DNA from: Lama glama
Lineage: Eukaryota
NCBI GenBank assembly: GCA_028534125.1
Contig: CM052817.1
Span: 81,532,001-81,596,000 of the forward strand
Direction of reading: 5' to 3'
Length of the DNA stretch: 64,000 nt
Shown here: in pieces, positions 37,106-50,561 of the stretch
How positions within the stretch are numbered: position 1 is the stretch's first letter
How the letters are laid out: each line of letters opens with the position of its first letter
Made by a program: the position numbers and the translations under genes
Notes under the pieces: generated by a model
Databases searched by the model: none
What the model was told of the DNA's origin: nothing
Seen by the model: only the letters and a program-made list of their open reading frames with translations

Positions 37106-39120
37106 GCTAAGTCTTCCCCTGAACTTCTATTTATGTGATGAAATAAGCCCTTTACTTTGTAAGTTGCCATTTCGCAGAGTTCCAATTAAATTGGAGCTAA
37201 ACACAATCTTAACGTTTCCATAATATTAGTAGTTTTTGAATTCATTACTACCCTTAGACCAGGTAAAACAGATCCTTAAAAGCCCCATGGTAACACTTCT
37301 CCAAATCTCTTGACTTAGATCCTTAAAACAAAAGGCAACCGTGTCTAAATCCCATGAAGGATTTCAGATTGTACCAATGCCAGTTCTGAGAAGGACACTA
37401 CTTTGGAGACCAGAGGGTTTTTGAGCAGTGAAACCAAAGTTATTTAAGTAAGAAAAAACAAAAATCAATAAAATTGTCAAATGTGGCCTATGAAATAGCA
37501 TATAGGGTATAGTTTTCTTCTCATATTAAAATCTATTTTTCTCAGTGGTGCTGAATATTTATTTTCTTGTTTCTCTTTATAGTCTAAGAATGGTTCTGGA
37601 GACTCTCACAAATCTGTGTTACCAAAAAACGGGTGCGTATAGGCAACTGAGGTGCATTTTGCATCATTAAACAGTTCATATTTCTCCTAAATTTGCAAAT
37701 ATACAATAATGTAAAGTACGATACCAATTCTGTATATTGGTATAGATATTAAATGCAAGAATTGAGAATAGTTTTGCCTCATAGAGCTTTTTAATATTAT
37801 TGATTAATTAAAAAAATTTTTATTAAAATTTTAGCTTTTTAGTAAAAGGTCATTGATAGCAAACCTATGATAATGATGCTAGCATAGTTAATAAAGCAGA
37901 ATAGAAGCCAAAATTTGGCCAGTGGGCCAGAGCATTTTATGTACACAGTTAGAAATTTTGCTAGAAAACATGTCCTCAATTGTGCTAGAACTGATTGTAT
38001 TTTTGCAATAATTCCAAGTTTATAATCTATATTTTTCTGGACCTGTTCAAAGAAAGAAATCTTAATGAAACCCATATAAAATTTGACCTTTGGATTTATG
38101 GTTGAAATATCATCTAAATATAATTATAGCAACCGAGATACAAGATGCATGAAAACAGGTGAAAAAACAGATGTTCAACTAAAGAAGTCATGCTTTTTGT
38201 TAGAAAATAAAATTAATTTTCAACATGCATTAACCACATTTTTTGGCATGAATTGTTATAATTTTAGTTTACTAAAAGTCTATGGAAAACTCATGTAAAT
38301 TTGGCTACATTAGTTTTAAAGGGATTAAATATTTAAAATGTTTTAGACTATTTTTTTTGTTGTCTCTAAGTGAAAATAGACTGCATGTAAAATATACAGC
38401 AAAGGCAAACATTTCATTAAAAACATGTAACAAATTTGGCATAAGGAAACTAAAATGTTTGCATGACCAAGAAGGAGAACATTCACATACAAGTAATCTC
38501 CAGTGTTTTCTCTAGACATTGTATTATAAACAATATCATTCAAGGAATAATTTTATTACTCATAACTATTTATAATAATTAATAATATTATTACCATGGG
38601 ATTAATATATAATGATTAAGAATTACAATATTAGTAATTAGTAATAATATTATAACTATTGAATATAATTAACAATTAGTGATTGAGCAACATATTACTA
38701 TTTTTGTCTTTTTATATTATCTGAGCTTTTAAAACTTTGGAGAAGAAAAACTTAAGAAGTATTGTTTGCATCCAGGTATTGTTATAAGAGATAGTAAAAC
38801 TAGTGATACTAAGTGTAGCAATTTAAATGATGGAGTTAAAAGATTTTTCAGCTTACATGGGATGATAATAATTTATCATTGGAATCCTATTTACATGACG
38901 TGTAAAAGTCACAGCTTATTCCTGAATCAAAGTATTGATTTAAGAATTTTGTTGATATTTCTAATGCTGTTACCTCAGTAGAACACATCTTTTTTTAAAT
39001 TTTGAAATTAATAAATAAACTAATTAATAAAAGTACACCCAACAAATGTCTAATTTGGTATTGCTGCCAATAAAACACAAGCTATATTAAACAATCCTTG
39101 CTAATAATAGCATAATTGGT

Positions 39121-39249
39121 TTGGCTTTTTTGGGGGGGGATTGGGTTTGTTTACTTACTTATTTATTTTTAGTGGAGGTACTGGGGATTGAACCCAGGAC
39201 CTTGTGCATGCTAAGCACACACACTACCACTAAGCTATACCCTCTCCCC
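39121..39249 (-). mobile_element. camelid Vic-1-like SINE
   Basis: GGAGGTACTGGGGATTGAACCCAGGACCTTGTGCATGCTAAGCA...AGCTATACCCTCTCCCC; TSD CATAATTGGT/CATAGATGGT. Confidence 0.93.
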
Positions 39250-39490
39250 TCATAGATGGTGATTTTACTAGAAATGAAGGCAAGAAAAGTGATTTTGTGG
39301 GATAACTATATACTAATTCAAATTATGTTAGTCTTTATTATTTCACTTATCAAAATATTTCAGACCTGACAACAGAACACACAGACATGCACAATAATAA
39401 TTGATTTTAGACTACTCAATACTTTGTCAACTTTCAATCATATAAAAAACACACCTCTGCACATATTTTAAAAATTTGTTGTTATACTAT

Positions 39491-39515
39491 ACACACACAC
39501 ACACACACACACACA
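39491..39515. repeat. (CA)n microsatellite
   Basis: Read directly. Confidence 0.95.
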
Positions 39516-39675
39516 TACGGTGTGTGCACCTGCATTTCTGTTCTTGTCTTGGGCCCTGAAAATATTAGAGAACAGTCTGTCTCTATTAGACAGGGTCATT
39601 TCAGAATAAAGAGCAAAGTTTGTATCGGTAAGGAGAGGAATGATGCAGGGAAAACGGAAAATTGGAGGAGATAAT

Positions 39676-39875
39676 CTTTGTTGAGTAGCTAATATGCACT
39701 GAGGCCTATTCCATGTAATTTAATTTTTATAAATGTCTGAGATGGGTGGAGTGGATGAGCTTCAGAGATGAGGAAATTAGGTAATTCTTCAAGTTCATTT
39801 TGCTAGTCATGAAAAAGCCAGAATTCAGAGCAAGCTCAGTCTAGGCTGGATCTAATTACAGTGCTGTTTCTAAAC
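39676..39875 (-). mobile_element. degraded MIR SINE
   Basis: TTGTTGAGTAGCTAATATGC...AGATGAGGAAATT...GCCAGAATTCAGAGC. Confidence 0.55.
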
Positions 39876-39882
39876 TTAGATA

Positions 39883-39998
39883 AAAAGAATCTGAAAAAAA
39901 AAAGTATGTATATGTATATCTGAATCCCTTTGCTGTACAAATGAAGCTAACATTGTAAATCGACTACACTTTGATAAAAAATAAGAATTAAAAAGAAA
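39883..39998 (+). mobile_element. short L1 3' terminus (cetartiodactyl type)
   Basis: CTGAATCCCTTTGCTGTACA...AACATTGTAAATCGACTACACTT plus A-rich tail; similar to 48890-48930. Confidence 0.85.
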
Positions 39999-40329
39999 GT
40001 AAATGAAACATGTTACAGTAGAAGACAGACCACAGTAGGCACAGAAACTACTGATTATGGAAAATCGGTAAAAATAAAAAAGCTTGACAGAAAAAAAAAA
40101 AGAAGAAAGAATGTTTTGGAGTTTTAGAAATACAAAATTTCTAAATTCTAGTGAGAATCAAAACATTTTATAAATATTAAAAACTATCTGCAAACTCTCT
40201 CCACATTCTAGGCCTATCGTAGTTGAGTGTGATGAAAAGTGATGGAATATTCAGGAAATAGTGCTGAATATTTAATTTCTTTCTATACTTATGAAAATAA
40301 ATTGAGGATGACTTAAATTCATATAGCAG

Positions 40330-40620
40330 ACATTTAAAAACACAAAAATGAAGACCTTGAAGAATATTTTTCATAATTTTGAGGTAGAATTTTTGAGCTA
40401 TGATACCAAGTCAGGAATCATAAAGACAACACTAAAATACTAGAGGACCTTTTTTAAAAAATGTTAAACTGAGATATTGGACACACTGGTGAAAAACCAG
40501 GATTCAGATCATTTACATTAAAAAAATCTGACACATTAATACAGTTCCTGCTCAGAAAGTAGACAAATGACACCAATGGGAAATTTACACAGTTAGAAAT
40601 ACAAATGTTACCCACCTAGT
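40330..40620 (+). mobile_element. very old L1M ORF2 fragment
   Basis: GAATATTTTTCATAATTTTGAGGTAG...GCTATGATACCAAG...ATCATAAAG...TACATTAAAA pattern. Confidence 0.45.
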
Positions 40621-42203
40621 GGGAAAGGAGTATATTCTCTCTCTGTCTTGCTTTTTGCACTTCGTCTTTCTTAGGATATTATAGTAGTCCTTATTGTGGA
40701 GATATTATTCAAAAGTTAGGTCACATTTGTTAGAATGTTTATATTTAGCTGCTTATTAAATCTTTAGTTTATCCATAGTGTGGCATTTGTTCAAAGAAAC
40801 TCATCTTTGAAGGTGATTATAAAGCTCCGATCCAAGGATCATAACCAGGACTTTTTCTAGGGATAAACCTAAAAGTAGATGGATAGTGCCGACTTCCTGA
40901 TCACTGGGCTGAATCAGATGATCAGTGCCTCGGTCTGTTTTGATGTCCCCCATAACAAGGACGGGAGGGAGCATCTCTGATTGACATGCTGTGCAGAGGC
41001 TTCAGTCTGGCTCTTGGGAAAGCATGGTAACCCCCAGAGCACTGATAAGGTTTAATGTGTATCCCCTTCCAAGGTAATTTATTTGTCTTTCAATAAGCAA
41101 TAAAAGATTAAGCCAGCTAATGAGGAACTACTCTGTAATGCTTGGACTTCATGCAGCTAAAACCAGTGGGTTAGGCATGCAGGAGGGCTGGGGGCCTTTC
41201 ACAGTCTCTAAACTGGTCAATGGAAACACGGGCTTGCCTGGGCCACACAAGTAAGTAGGTGGCAACGTTGACGCTTTCTTAGATTGGCTGTTCTCTAAGA
41301 GGGGACAGTAAGCCCATGTGCCGATTTATTTTTCTATCATTCAGCCATTGCTAATTCTTCTTTCTCCTCTGAATACTAACCCCCCACACACCACTTTATA
41401 CCCACATCTCCTTTTGGAGAGGGCAAGTCATGCCAGGAAGTGCCCTATAACAGAGCTTAATTCCCTGTTGATACTCCTAAATTGGTTATTTTAGATAGAC
41501 AAATTATAAGAGAAATCTTACATGTCCTAACCAATATCTGTTTGATAAACAGAAGTGAGCAAAAAATAGCGCTCAATAGCATATATAAATAAAAAATTGT
41601 AAAACCTTTGAAATAACAAAAAAATTAAATAAGCTGAAGATAGTTTGACCTGTGGTAAAAAAAAAAAATAAACTCCTCAGTGAAGATCTTTGGTGCTCTC
41701 ACCAAGGCACATGGACACGAGGCCTTGATACTTCTACGTTGTTTTCAGACACTACCCTTCTAGTAACTCAATTCAGCTGGAACTTTACCACCAACAAAGC
41801 ACTTAGGAAATCAGTATCAGTGTCTTAGAACAAAGCTTCCCCTTTACAGAGCATTCATTGTACTTTTCTGTGATTCTCTTGCTGCAAACCTAGTTCAGGG
41901 TACCGAAACCAGTAGCTACTTGGCTAGACATGGTATGTGATTATTAAGTAGGATGCTCTTAAACAGAACAGACCATTTAGAGTAGGACCAGATTGATTTG
42001 ATCTTCACTGTTTGTATCACCTTTGCAAACTTGGGTCTACAATTAAAATAGAAGTATAGGGATGTTCATTAGACATTGGATTTAATTTTTAAATATAATT
42101 TTTATTTTATTTTATTAGGGAAAAGACATTTCTACCTTTGACAGAAATGTGAAAGAGAAATACAAAAAAACAAAATTTACAACTTATATAAAATATATAA
42201 GTG

Positions 42204-42540
42204 CAATTGATCCTTGAACAATTTGGGGAGGATGGTTGGGGGCACCCACACCCTCTACTCAGTCAAAAATCCGCATACTGCTGTCTCTGCCTCAAAAATG
42301 AAAGAATTGACTAATGACTCACCTAAGGATAAGAAGGTGTACCAGTCCGAATAGAATTAAGACTCAAACCCTAGTTCTTTTGATTCCACATATTGTGATC
42401 TCTAATCCAACACAAATTTCCCCAAACTTAGTTAATCTAAAGATCTGTAAAATGAAAAGCTAGGTACCGTATTTATTGAAAAAAGTCCCCATATAAGTGG
42501 ACCCATGCAGTTCAAACCTGTGTTGTTCAAGGGGTAACTG
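42204..42540. mobile_element. Tigger2/MER8-type TcMar MITE with atypical interior
   Basis: TIRs CAATTGATCCTTGAACAA and TTGTTCAAGGGGTAACTG followed by TA; ATAAGTGGACCCATGCAGTTCAAACC subterminal motif. Confidence 0.85.
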
Positions 42541-45500
42541 TATATTTTTATATAAATAGAAATATATGTGTATACCTGTACATATAACACCATAAGAGCA
42601 TTCACGTTAAAGGTTAGCCACTAAGCTGCACACACGCGTGATGCAATGACTGCCCTTTGCATTTTGCTACTGGTAAGGAATAAATACAGTTCATATGGTA
42701 TGGTAGACTTCGTACTAAGTCGAGACCTCAATTCAAGTAGGCACAGAGAATCTTCTATGTTCTCATCTCTAAAAGTGGTTCAAATAGAATTCTTTGATTT
42801 CAGAGGCCCCTGGGCTCTAATACGCTGCAATACATTTTATAATCTGGCATTTGTATGACTCCATAACTAAATAAAAGTGAGTCCAATTTAAACATTTCTG
42901 AATAATTATTATACTTGTGGTGAGTGAAAAGCGTATTTTTATTAGCTTTGGAATAATATTTAGGGAGTAAAAAACAATTTTTAAAGTAGAAGAAAATGTC
43001 TTCTGAAAATAGAACCTGTGCTCAAGCAAAATTATGAGGACCTAATGATTATAAACTACATGATAAGTGTTTAATGAAAAGAGAATGTAGAAATCCACCA
43101 AATGATTGAGTTGCAGTAACAGGCTTCCGAAAGGTTAATTTGTCATGTTCAAATTCTTTTTGTTATACCACTTTAATTTTTATTCTAACTGAAAAAGACA
43201 AAGGATAATAACAGTGCTTGGAAAGAGGTAAATACCATAGTTTACTCTGATGTATTTTGATTAGTCAGCCAAATATCATGGTAAAAGCCATTCAGTTTGG
43301 AACGTTGTTCTTCATTGTTATTTTAAAAAAGAGAAATCTTGTATTTGTTAATGTAGATCTAGCAGTGCTTATTTTACCCGCCAAGAATTTTGACAGACTT
43401 ATAAAAACTGATGACGGGTGCCTGATGGAGGCCTGACCACTTTGAGGGTAAAGGCTGAACTCACATGACCCCAGGCCCTCTGCCTGCCGAGGGGGCTGAA
43501 TTCTAGAAAGTTGTTTGTATTTGTGCAGACTGCCTGAGCCCCAGTCCCAGGGACTGTGGTCTCCTCCTTCTTAGTCTAGAGTATCTGTGGATATTGTACA
43601 AGGGAGAGAGACATTTGGGAACAGCTAGTGAGAATGCACTGGATTTAATTGGTTTATACAGCAACATGTATCTTTGGAAGATAATGTCTAGTGATCTCTT
43701 GAAAATGTTGACCAAGATGTCATCAATTACAGAGAAAATGAAAAAATGCAAACTTTATATTGCAATTTTCTGGCTACTATAGCAATCTTTGTGCCAGTTG
43801 TATATTTACAATTTGAGACCTGAAAAATAGCAAGACTTCAGCTGAAGCCTCTACGTTTTGCCCAGTGTTTCCTCAGAATTACTAATTGGCCCAGGTTCGG
43901 CATGCCAGCAGAGTTCTCATGAAACTTAACTAAGGCTGGCTAAAAACTTGGCATTGGTCCTTGGACAAAAATCATGTTGAGTTTGCTTAAAGGTCTGTGA
44001 ACCTCAGGAAAACTCTCAGTGACCCTTCCTACAGTGTGGTGGTTTCTAGTGATATCTGAAACCAAGAATGTTTTGTGAAGGATTTGGGTTTCATTTGGAA
44101 AGCCATATCTAATCCTAGGTACTGCCTGATGAATTAAAAGTCTGGTCCTCCTTGGATCCTCATAAAGGCAGTGCTATGTGTAAACTTCAGGACTTTTACT
44201 ACCGAGCAAAATAGCACCTCTCAATTAGTCATTTAAAAATGCCTTCTTGGACTTTTTAAGTGCTCCTTCTGTGTATATTTAATCTAACATGATTGTCATC
44301 TAAAATATAGGCATACATTGAATATCTCATTTGAAACTGTAGCACAATTTCTGTTCAGTAATTATTATAACAGTATTATAGTAATAACAATGCTATTGAT
44401 ACTATTACACATTCTAAAAATATTTCACATATTTTGTAGACCAAAACAATCCCAAGAATAACAAGGTTTGACTATGTGGAGTCGGGGAAAGTAACTACCT
44501 CCCGAATCATCAGTAACCAGATGGTCCTCCAGGAGCGGAGTGGGGCACCAGTGCAGGTAGCTTTCTCCCTCTCCTTGTATCCCTCACAAGGACACACACA
44601 GGTCCGCGTATACACACTTTTCTACAGTATATGGGAATTAGCCCCACGAAATGGGGGAAATGACTCAGTGGGCATGAGCATTTCATAAAAAATATTTCAA
44701 ACAGATATTAGTAAAATAACAACTACAGCTGATTTTCAAAGAAAATATGCATTATTAAAAAATAGCTAAGAGACACAAATCAGAAATATCCTATTTTTGT
44801 TCCATCTTTAGTGGCTTGTTTGGCTTTTAGTGAGCAAGAAAGTGAATTTTTGACTTTCTTGTTTTAAGGATTTGCTCACAGTTATTTTTGTTTTTGTTTT
44901 TGCTTTTTTTTTTAAATGTTTTTATACCTCAAATTCTTAAATAAAATATCTGAGACGTTTTGACATTCTTTATGCTTCTAAGTCTTTTTAGATATCATTA
45001 TGTTAGGGCCTGTTTCTATTTTAGGAATCAGTAGAAACAATTTAGGAAAAGTAATCTATATGAGGATTGTTAAGAAAATATGTATGTATGTATATTTATT
45101 TCCATTGTTCTGAACCACTATGCAACCATTGAGAGAAAAATGTTTGTGTTGATACTGACTGTTTCTGATAACCAAAGAATTAAAGACAAAGTTCTACTAG
45201 GGCCAAAAAAAGCAAATGAAATCCTTGTGAGAGAGAGCCCTCCAGCCTTGATGTATAGGCAATAATGCTTTCTTTTCTACTGATTTTTTGATCCCGTACA
45301 GCCATATTCAATTCACTGTTTAATTTTTTTTATTTGAAATGTTTAACAATAAATTTTAAACATTTATCAATTGATACCTTATGAGATATGCTCTATATTT
45401 ACAAAGAGTACAAACCGCTTGGATGAAATATCTGTGGACCAGACTTAACAGGGCACATTGTCCAACTTTACAAGCTTGAGCTAGATTTTCTTTTTTGACC

Positions 45501-47159
45501 CATGAGACTTTAAGGCAAGTAGAACATTAACATCACAAGTCATAGAGGTGCTTCTGACAGATGTGACTCTGCTATGGTCTGTATTAGATAGTCTTTTTAT
45601 CATCATTGGCAATGGAAGGGAAAAATGTGTCTCCTGTAAGTTTTTTTAAGAAAAAAGATCTTTCTCCCTTTCAATTATAACGCAGTTGTTAACAAAGGCC
45701 AACACATAGTCAAGTAAAAGGAATCCAGTCCATGACTTTTGGACCACGCTGTACTCCGGTAGGTGCTGGAAGTAGGCTAAGCCATGTCATCACCAGTGAT
45801 CTTAAGCTCCAGCAGCCCTTATGGCTATAGGTCTTTCTAAATCACCTCTAAATCTCTACTCATGGATTTCAGATCTTTCAATAAGCAGTTAGTTTCCTGG
45901 GGAGCTTGTCATATAAATCTCCAAATTTTCTTGTAACATCTTAGCTGTACTCTATCTTGGTAAATCTCAGTCATTTTTGGTTTTACTTCTCACTGATTTG
46001 TTGTCAAGGCAAATGCTTTGTCCTTCCACACAGTGGCCATTGGTCTGCCTATCTTACTGCCATTGGTGTCTGATTCCTGCTACACTACAACTGCCTGATA
46101 GAAACACGTATATAAATTAGTAGTTTCATCCTTTTGCATAGAGCATTTGTGTAATTCTCACAACATGCATTTCCATACGATCTGGTCATTAACTGGTTGT
46201 GTGGGTCACTATATATATGTTTCACAAACTTGCTTTTCTTTATTCAATGAAACGTATTTTATTTACAAGCTGTCTACTCATAGCTATATGGTTTTGTAGA
46301 GTGTGGATAATTGATACAATTTATAATACAGTGATATGTAATCACTATAGTGACATAGTGCTAAAATATGTAGTGCTATATTATAAGAGACAGAGAGAGT
46401 TATTTCTGAAGACACAATTTTGTTATAGAATGTTAGGTCATTTGCGAGAATGAAAGTTTGCTTTTTAAGGAAAGCATGAGATGATGATATATGATGAGAT
46501 ATTGTGTAGAAAATAAACGAGCCCTTTTAGCTTGTTTTTGATGATAAAGATGACTTTACTCAACAAGGAATAAATGAAGCTTGTCAAAATATCAATGTCA
46601 ATGACATTATCATTACCTCTTTCTACAGTTGCTAGCAAAGGTGATTTCATTTCAGAAAAAAGATAATATGAGAAAGCCCTGTTCTGCCACTACACCATCA
46701 TTGAACTATCAAAGAATTTCTTTTTCCATTTCTCAGCTAAATTCGCTTCTTAACACTGTCATTTTGTTTTTCCTTGGGGTGTACAGAATCAGAAGCACGT
46801 TGATGGAGAGAATCAAGATCACCAGGAATGTAACATCTAGAGATAATTTTCCTCAAGGCAGGGTATTCACGTATTCAGGATGCCAGGTCATACCAAAGGC
46901 AGGGCTTACGAGGGACAGTATTCAAAGAAGCTTGGTATTGGGAGAATTTGCCTACTGCAGTCTATGCATTTATGGTCAGTTTTGGAGCAAGTTCCTTACC
47001 TACCCTTCTTGGCATCTGGAAGATCTGACGAGGAGTAATTTAAGGATTCTGCTTCTTTTCATTGTGTTTCTTCATGGCCCAGAGGATTTTGTGATATCAG
47101 GTTAGGCAAAATATCATTTATTATGTACATCTAAAGGGCAGGCAAATTTTAGAAAGTTT

Positions 47160-47315
47160 TTCATGCGTTTTCTTATTTAATTTACAAAGCAAGCTCTTGA
47201 GACAGACAGTATCGTTGTTATTATCCCCTTTTAGAAATGAAGAAACTAATGCATCTGGAGTTTAAGAAGATAAGATTTGTAAGTTCCAGAACAAGGATTG
47301 TACCTTAAGTTTTTA
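47160..47315 (-). mobile_element. MIR SINE
   Basis: TTATTATCCCCTTTTAGAAATGAAGAAACT. Confidence 0.65.
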
Positions 47316-47324
47316 TTTCACACA

Positions 47325-47520
47325 AAAATAGCATAAAGGAGTGTGAACTCTAGAGCTAGAACTTTGGATTAAAAATCAGGGTCTCTTGTTTATTAATTTT
47401 GTCTCACTTGGGGTAAATTAACTTTTCTGTGTCACAGTGTCCTCAAATGGAAATAATAATTTAACACATTTAAAAGACTTGGGGCTTAACACATAGGAAA
47501 CACTTAATACATATTAATTA
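47325..47520 (+). mobile_element. MIR SINE
   Basis: GAGTGTGAACTCTAGAGCTAGA...CTTGGGGTAAATTAACTTTTCTGTGTCACAGTGTCCTC. Confidence 0.65.
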
Positions 47521-48665
47521 TAAGGCTAAACTTTCTTCAAAGAATTTTATTATGTATTAATTCAGTATGATCATAGAAATTATATGTGTAAATACAAATA
47601 TTCAGACTTTTATATTTGAAATAAGTTTTTCAAGAAGGACTTTATCTCCTAGACCCAATATATGTCTACCTTTTTATGCTGAATATAAAAGGAATGCTGT
47701 GTTCCTTTCTGATAGTATGAAATGCCACATTTCCATACAACATGCAAATGCTTTATTTTAAAAGATCAAATCTAAAGGTGCTGTCTAGCTTGATTCATAT
47801 GAGCTTAATCAGGAGTGTTTTGTCATACCAACTAAACTGCTTTAAGGAGGTGCTCTCTCTGGGAAGCACATTATCATCTTGGCATTGTATGTCTGTTGCA
47901 GAGGGCCTCACTTATGCTCACATAGCAGGATGCTTCCTTCACTGGAACTGGACTCTTTTCAGCTCCTCCTCTGTGAATAGGGCAGGATCTTGGTGGAAAG
48001 GAAGGGAAAAGAGAGACCAGACATTGTCATGGCACAAGGAGTACTGTGACAATGCATTAACAGGTGCACCAAGGTGCAGGCGTGCATAAAGTTCAAGAGA
48101 GTCTGCTCACATAACTCACAGTTAGGTTATCCACGGGCAGCTTCCCAAAGCATTCCGCCTACACCAGTGGTTAAGGCTGTAGTGATGGAATAACCACAAG
48201 TAATAAATACTGCATGGAATTTAGCAGAAATTGCAACCTCCACCTCCAAACTCTTTTTGTATCCAACATTCTAAGAAATAGTACCTTTTACAGCTGAGCA
48301 AAGGAGTTTGAGAGTAAATAAGAGACTTATGAGTGTATCTGTACCATATTAGTCATGGTAGAATCATTGATCCAGGAGCACAATGCTTTCCATGATAAAC
48401 TGTGCCTCTGAGCAAAATTAAAATTTAAAATGCTTTTGGATTACTAGCCAATGAGCCAATAATTCAGTGCTTAGGGATGATTCGTATTATATAACAAAGA
48501 CCATTCAAGGAAGATTTCGTTGGACTACCAGTTCATGAGCTGACACTGAACACGAAGAGGCTATTATGGACAGACATGATAAAGGACAAAGGTAATGATG
48601 ACTGGGCTTTTTGTTCTTTGACAGTTGATGTGAGTTAGGAAATCAAAGTTAAAGTGCATTAGCAG

Positions 48666-49006
48666 CATAAATTATGGTTACCAAACAGGAAAGGGCAGGG
48701 AGGGATAAATTAAGGGTTGGGGATTAACAGACACACGTTACTATATATTAAATAGGTAAACAACAAGGACCTACTGTAGAGCACAGGGAACTATATTCAA
48801 TTTCTTGTAATAACATATAATGGAAAAAATCTGAAAAGAAAGTATATAGGTATGTATATATATATATAACTGAATCACTTTGCTGTACACCTGAAACTAA
48901 CGTTGTAAATCAACTATACTTCAATAAAAGCTTTTTAAAAATCTGAAAAAAATGGGTTGAATTAAATATGATCAATTGGGAAATTAAAAATAGCTACATA
49001 TTAGAA
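48666..49006 (+). mobile_element. 5'-truncated L1 3'UTR with probable 3' transduction
   Basis: TTATGGTTACCAAA...AACAACAAGGACCTACTGTA...CAACTATACTTCAATAAAA; TSD AAAGTGCATTAGCAG (48651-48665) / AAAATACATTAGCAG (49007-49021). Confidence 0.85.
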
Positions 49007-50561
49007 AAAATACATTAGCAGTAATTTGGAAGCAAAAATGAGCACGTCAGAAAGCGTTTTGGCCACTTGGGTGGTTGGAGTTGGAAATGCACACTGATGA
49101 GTTGTTGAAGGAAGTCAGATAGAAGAGGTGGGGCCCACTTTGCTTACTTCTTGAGTCTCCTATTTTCTGGTGCTCCAACTGATTTTTAGAGGGAGGCATA
49201 TGGAAATACCGGTCGAATGGATATGCAGCGCCTCAACCTTGTAACCTGGATAAGTAGTAGATGTGTCTTTAAAACTTAGCTTGATTTTATTCTTTTGTGT
49301 TTAAATCTAAAAGCAATAGTTTGAGGGTTTGTGTAAAGTCTGCCAAATGTTACGGGCAAAATAAACAACTAGAAAACCACCCATACAACCAGGGAGCATG
49401 TTTCCAAATAACAAGGAAATAGCAACGGGAGTTTAGGAAAGTGAATGGAAAGGACTATAATGATTTATTAAAAACCTTATGACCCAACATGGTTGATGGA
49501 GAAAGGAAAACATTTTCATACGATGCTACCTCCACTCAAAACTTTGTGGCAGTTGGAGCAGCTCCCTCGTTCCCCTCTCTCTAGTCTGTCTTCCTCTTTC
49601 CAACACACGAAATAAAATGAAAGCACATACAGAGCAAGAGAAAAACCCGAGGGGAGAATGTCCACTCTGGAAGCCAGACAGGCACGGTTGCTGCAGCGGC
49701 ACACGTTTCACAGCTCGGTGCTGAGTCTGCAGCTGCCAAGTGTATCTCAAGGGTGACTGTAAACACTCTTGAACCGAGTGGAGTAAGGGATCCAGGAGGT
49801 TGCCAGAGAGTCTGTGCACCGACTGCCAGCAGGGGATGGGGACACGCCAGAATCTGATTGAATTACACTCATGTGACACTTCCTACTGTAATCACACCCT
49901 CCTTTTGCAGAGGCTGGGCCGGGACTGGAAGAGCAACCACTGCGAGTCAATGTCATGAGAGAAGAGGACAGTCAGATCGGAGCCCAGCTCGGCAGGTAGG
50001 AGAGCCAGGCGGGCTTATGCTGTTCCCAGGCGGGTTCAAACGAAAGGCCTGCCTTGGCTACCAGAAGGGAGAAAGACAAATGTTTTTGCAGAAATATGCT
50101 CTGTGTTTAATACTGATTAGGTTTTAATGAGGTATAGCAGGAATAAAATGCTTTGGAAAATAAAGGTTTTGAGAAATCTCACTGAGCAGGGCGCACATAA
50201 ACACATAAAACAACACAGGGAGAGAATGCCATTAAATATATGAATGAAAGGTCTCAAGTTCCAAATGTTTTCATGTAATCATCTTTCAAATAATTTTAGT
50301 ATGCATGCTGTCCTTTAGATTCTTCTTCTTTCTCTCCAATCCCCACCTTCCACTACATTTAGCTGTAGATTTCTGATAGTGGGCGTGACATCATTAAGCC
50401 AGAACCATCCCTGGGCAAAGGTGTACACCCCGGAGGCTTAGCAGTATTAGAAAAGGACCAGCTCTAGGATGTATTTATTAGAGGTGATTTAGAAAGATCT
50501 ATAACCATAGTGGCAGCTGAAGCGTAAGATCACTGGTGATGACTTGAATTATTTCTCTCAG

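Larger units (their letters stand above)
36295..37218 (+). mobile_element. ERVL LTR (LTR33/LTR16-like), interrupted twice
   Basis: GAATGTGAATGTAATACTTGGAG...GTCTTGCAGCCAT and terminal ATGTGATGAAATAAGCCC...GCTAAACACAATCTTAAC. Confidence 0.6.

Noticed and set aside
46629..47105. Longest ORF (158 aa)
   Set aside because: No recognisable domain, non-ATG start and no convincing exon structure; likely chance
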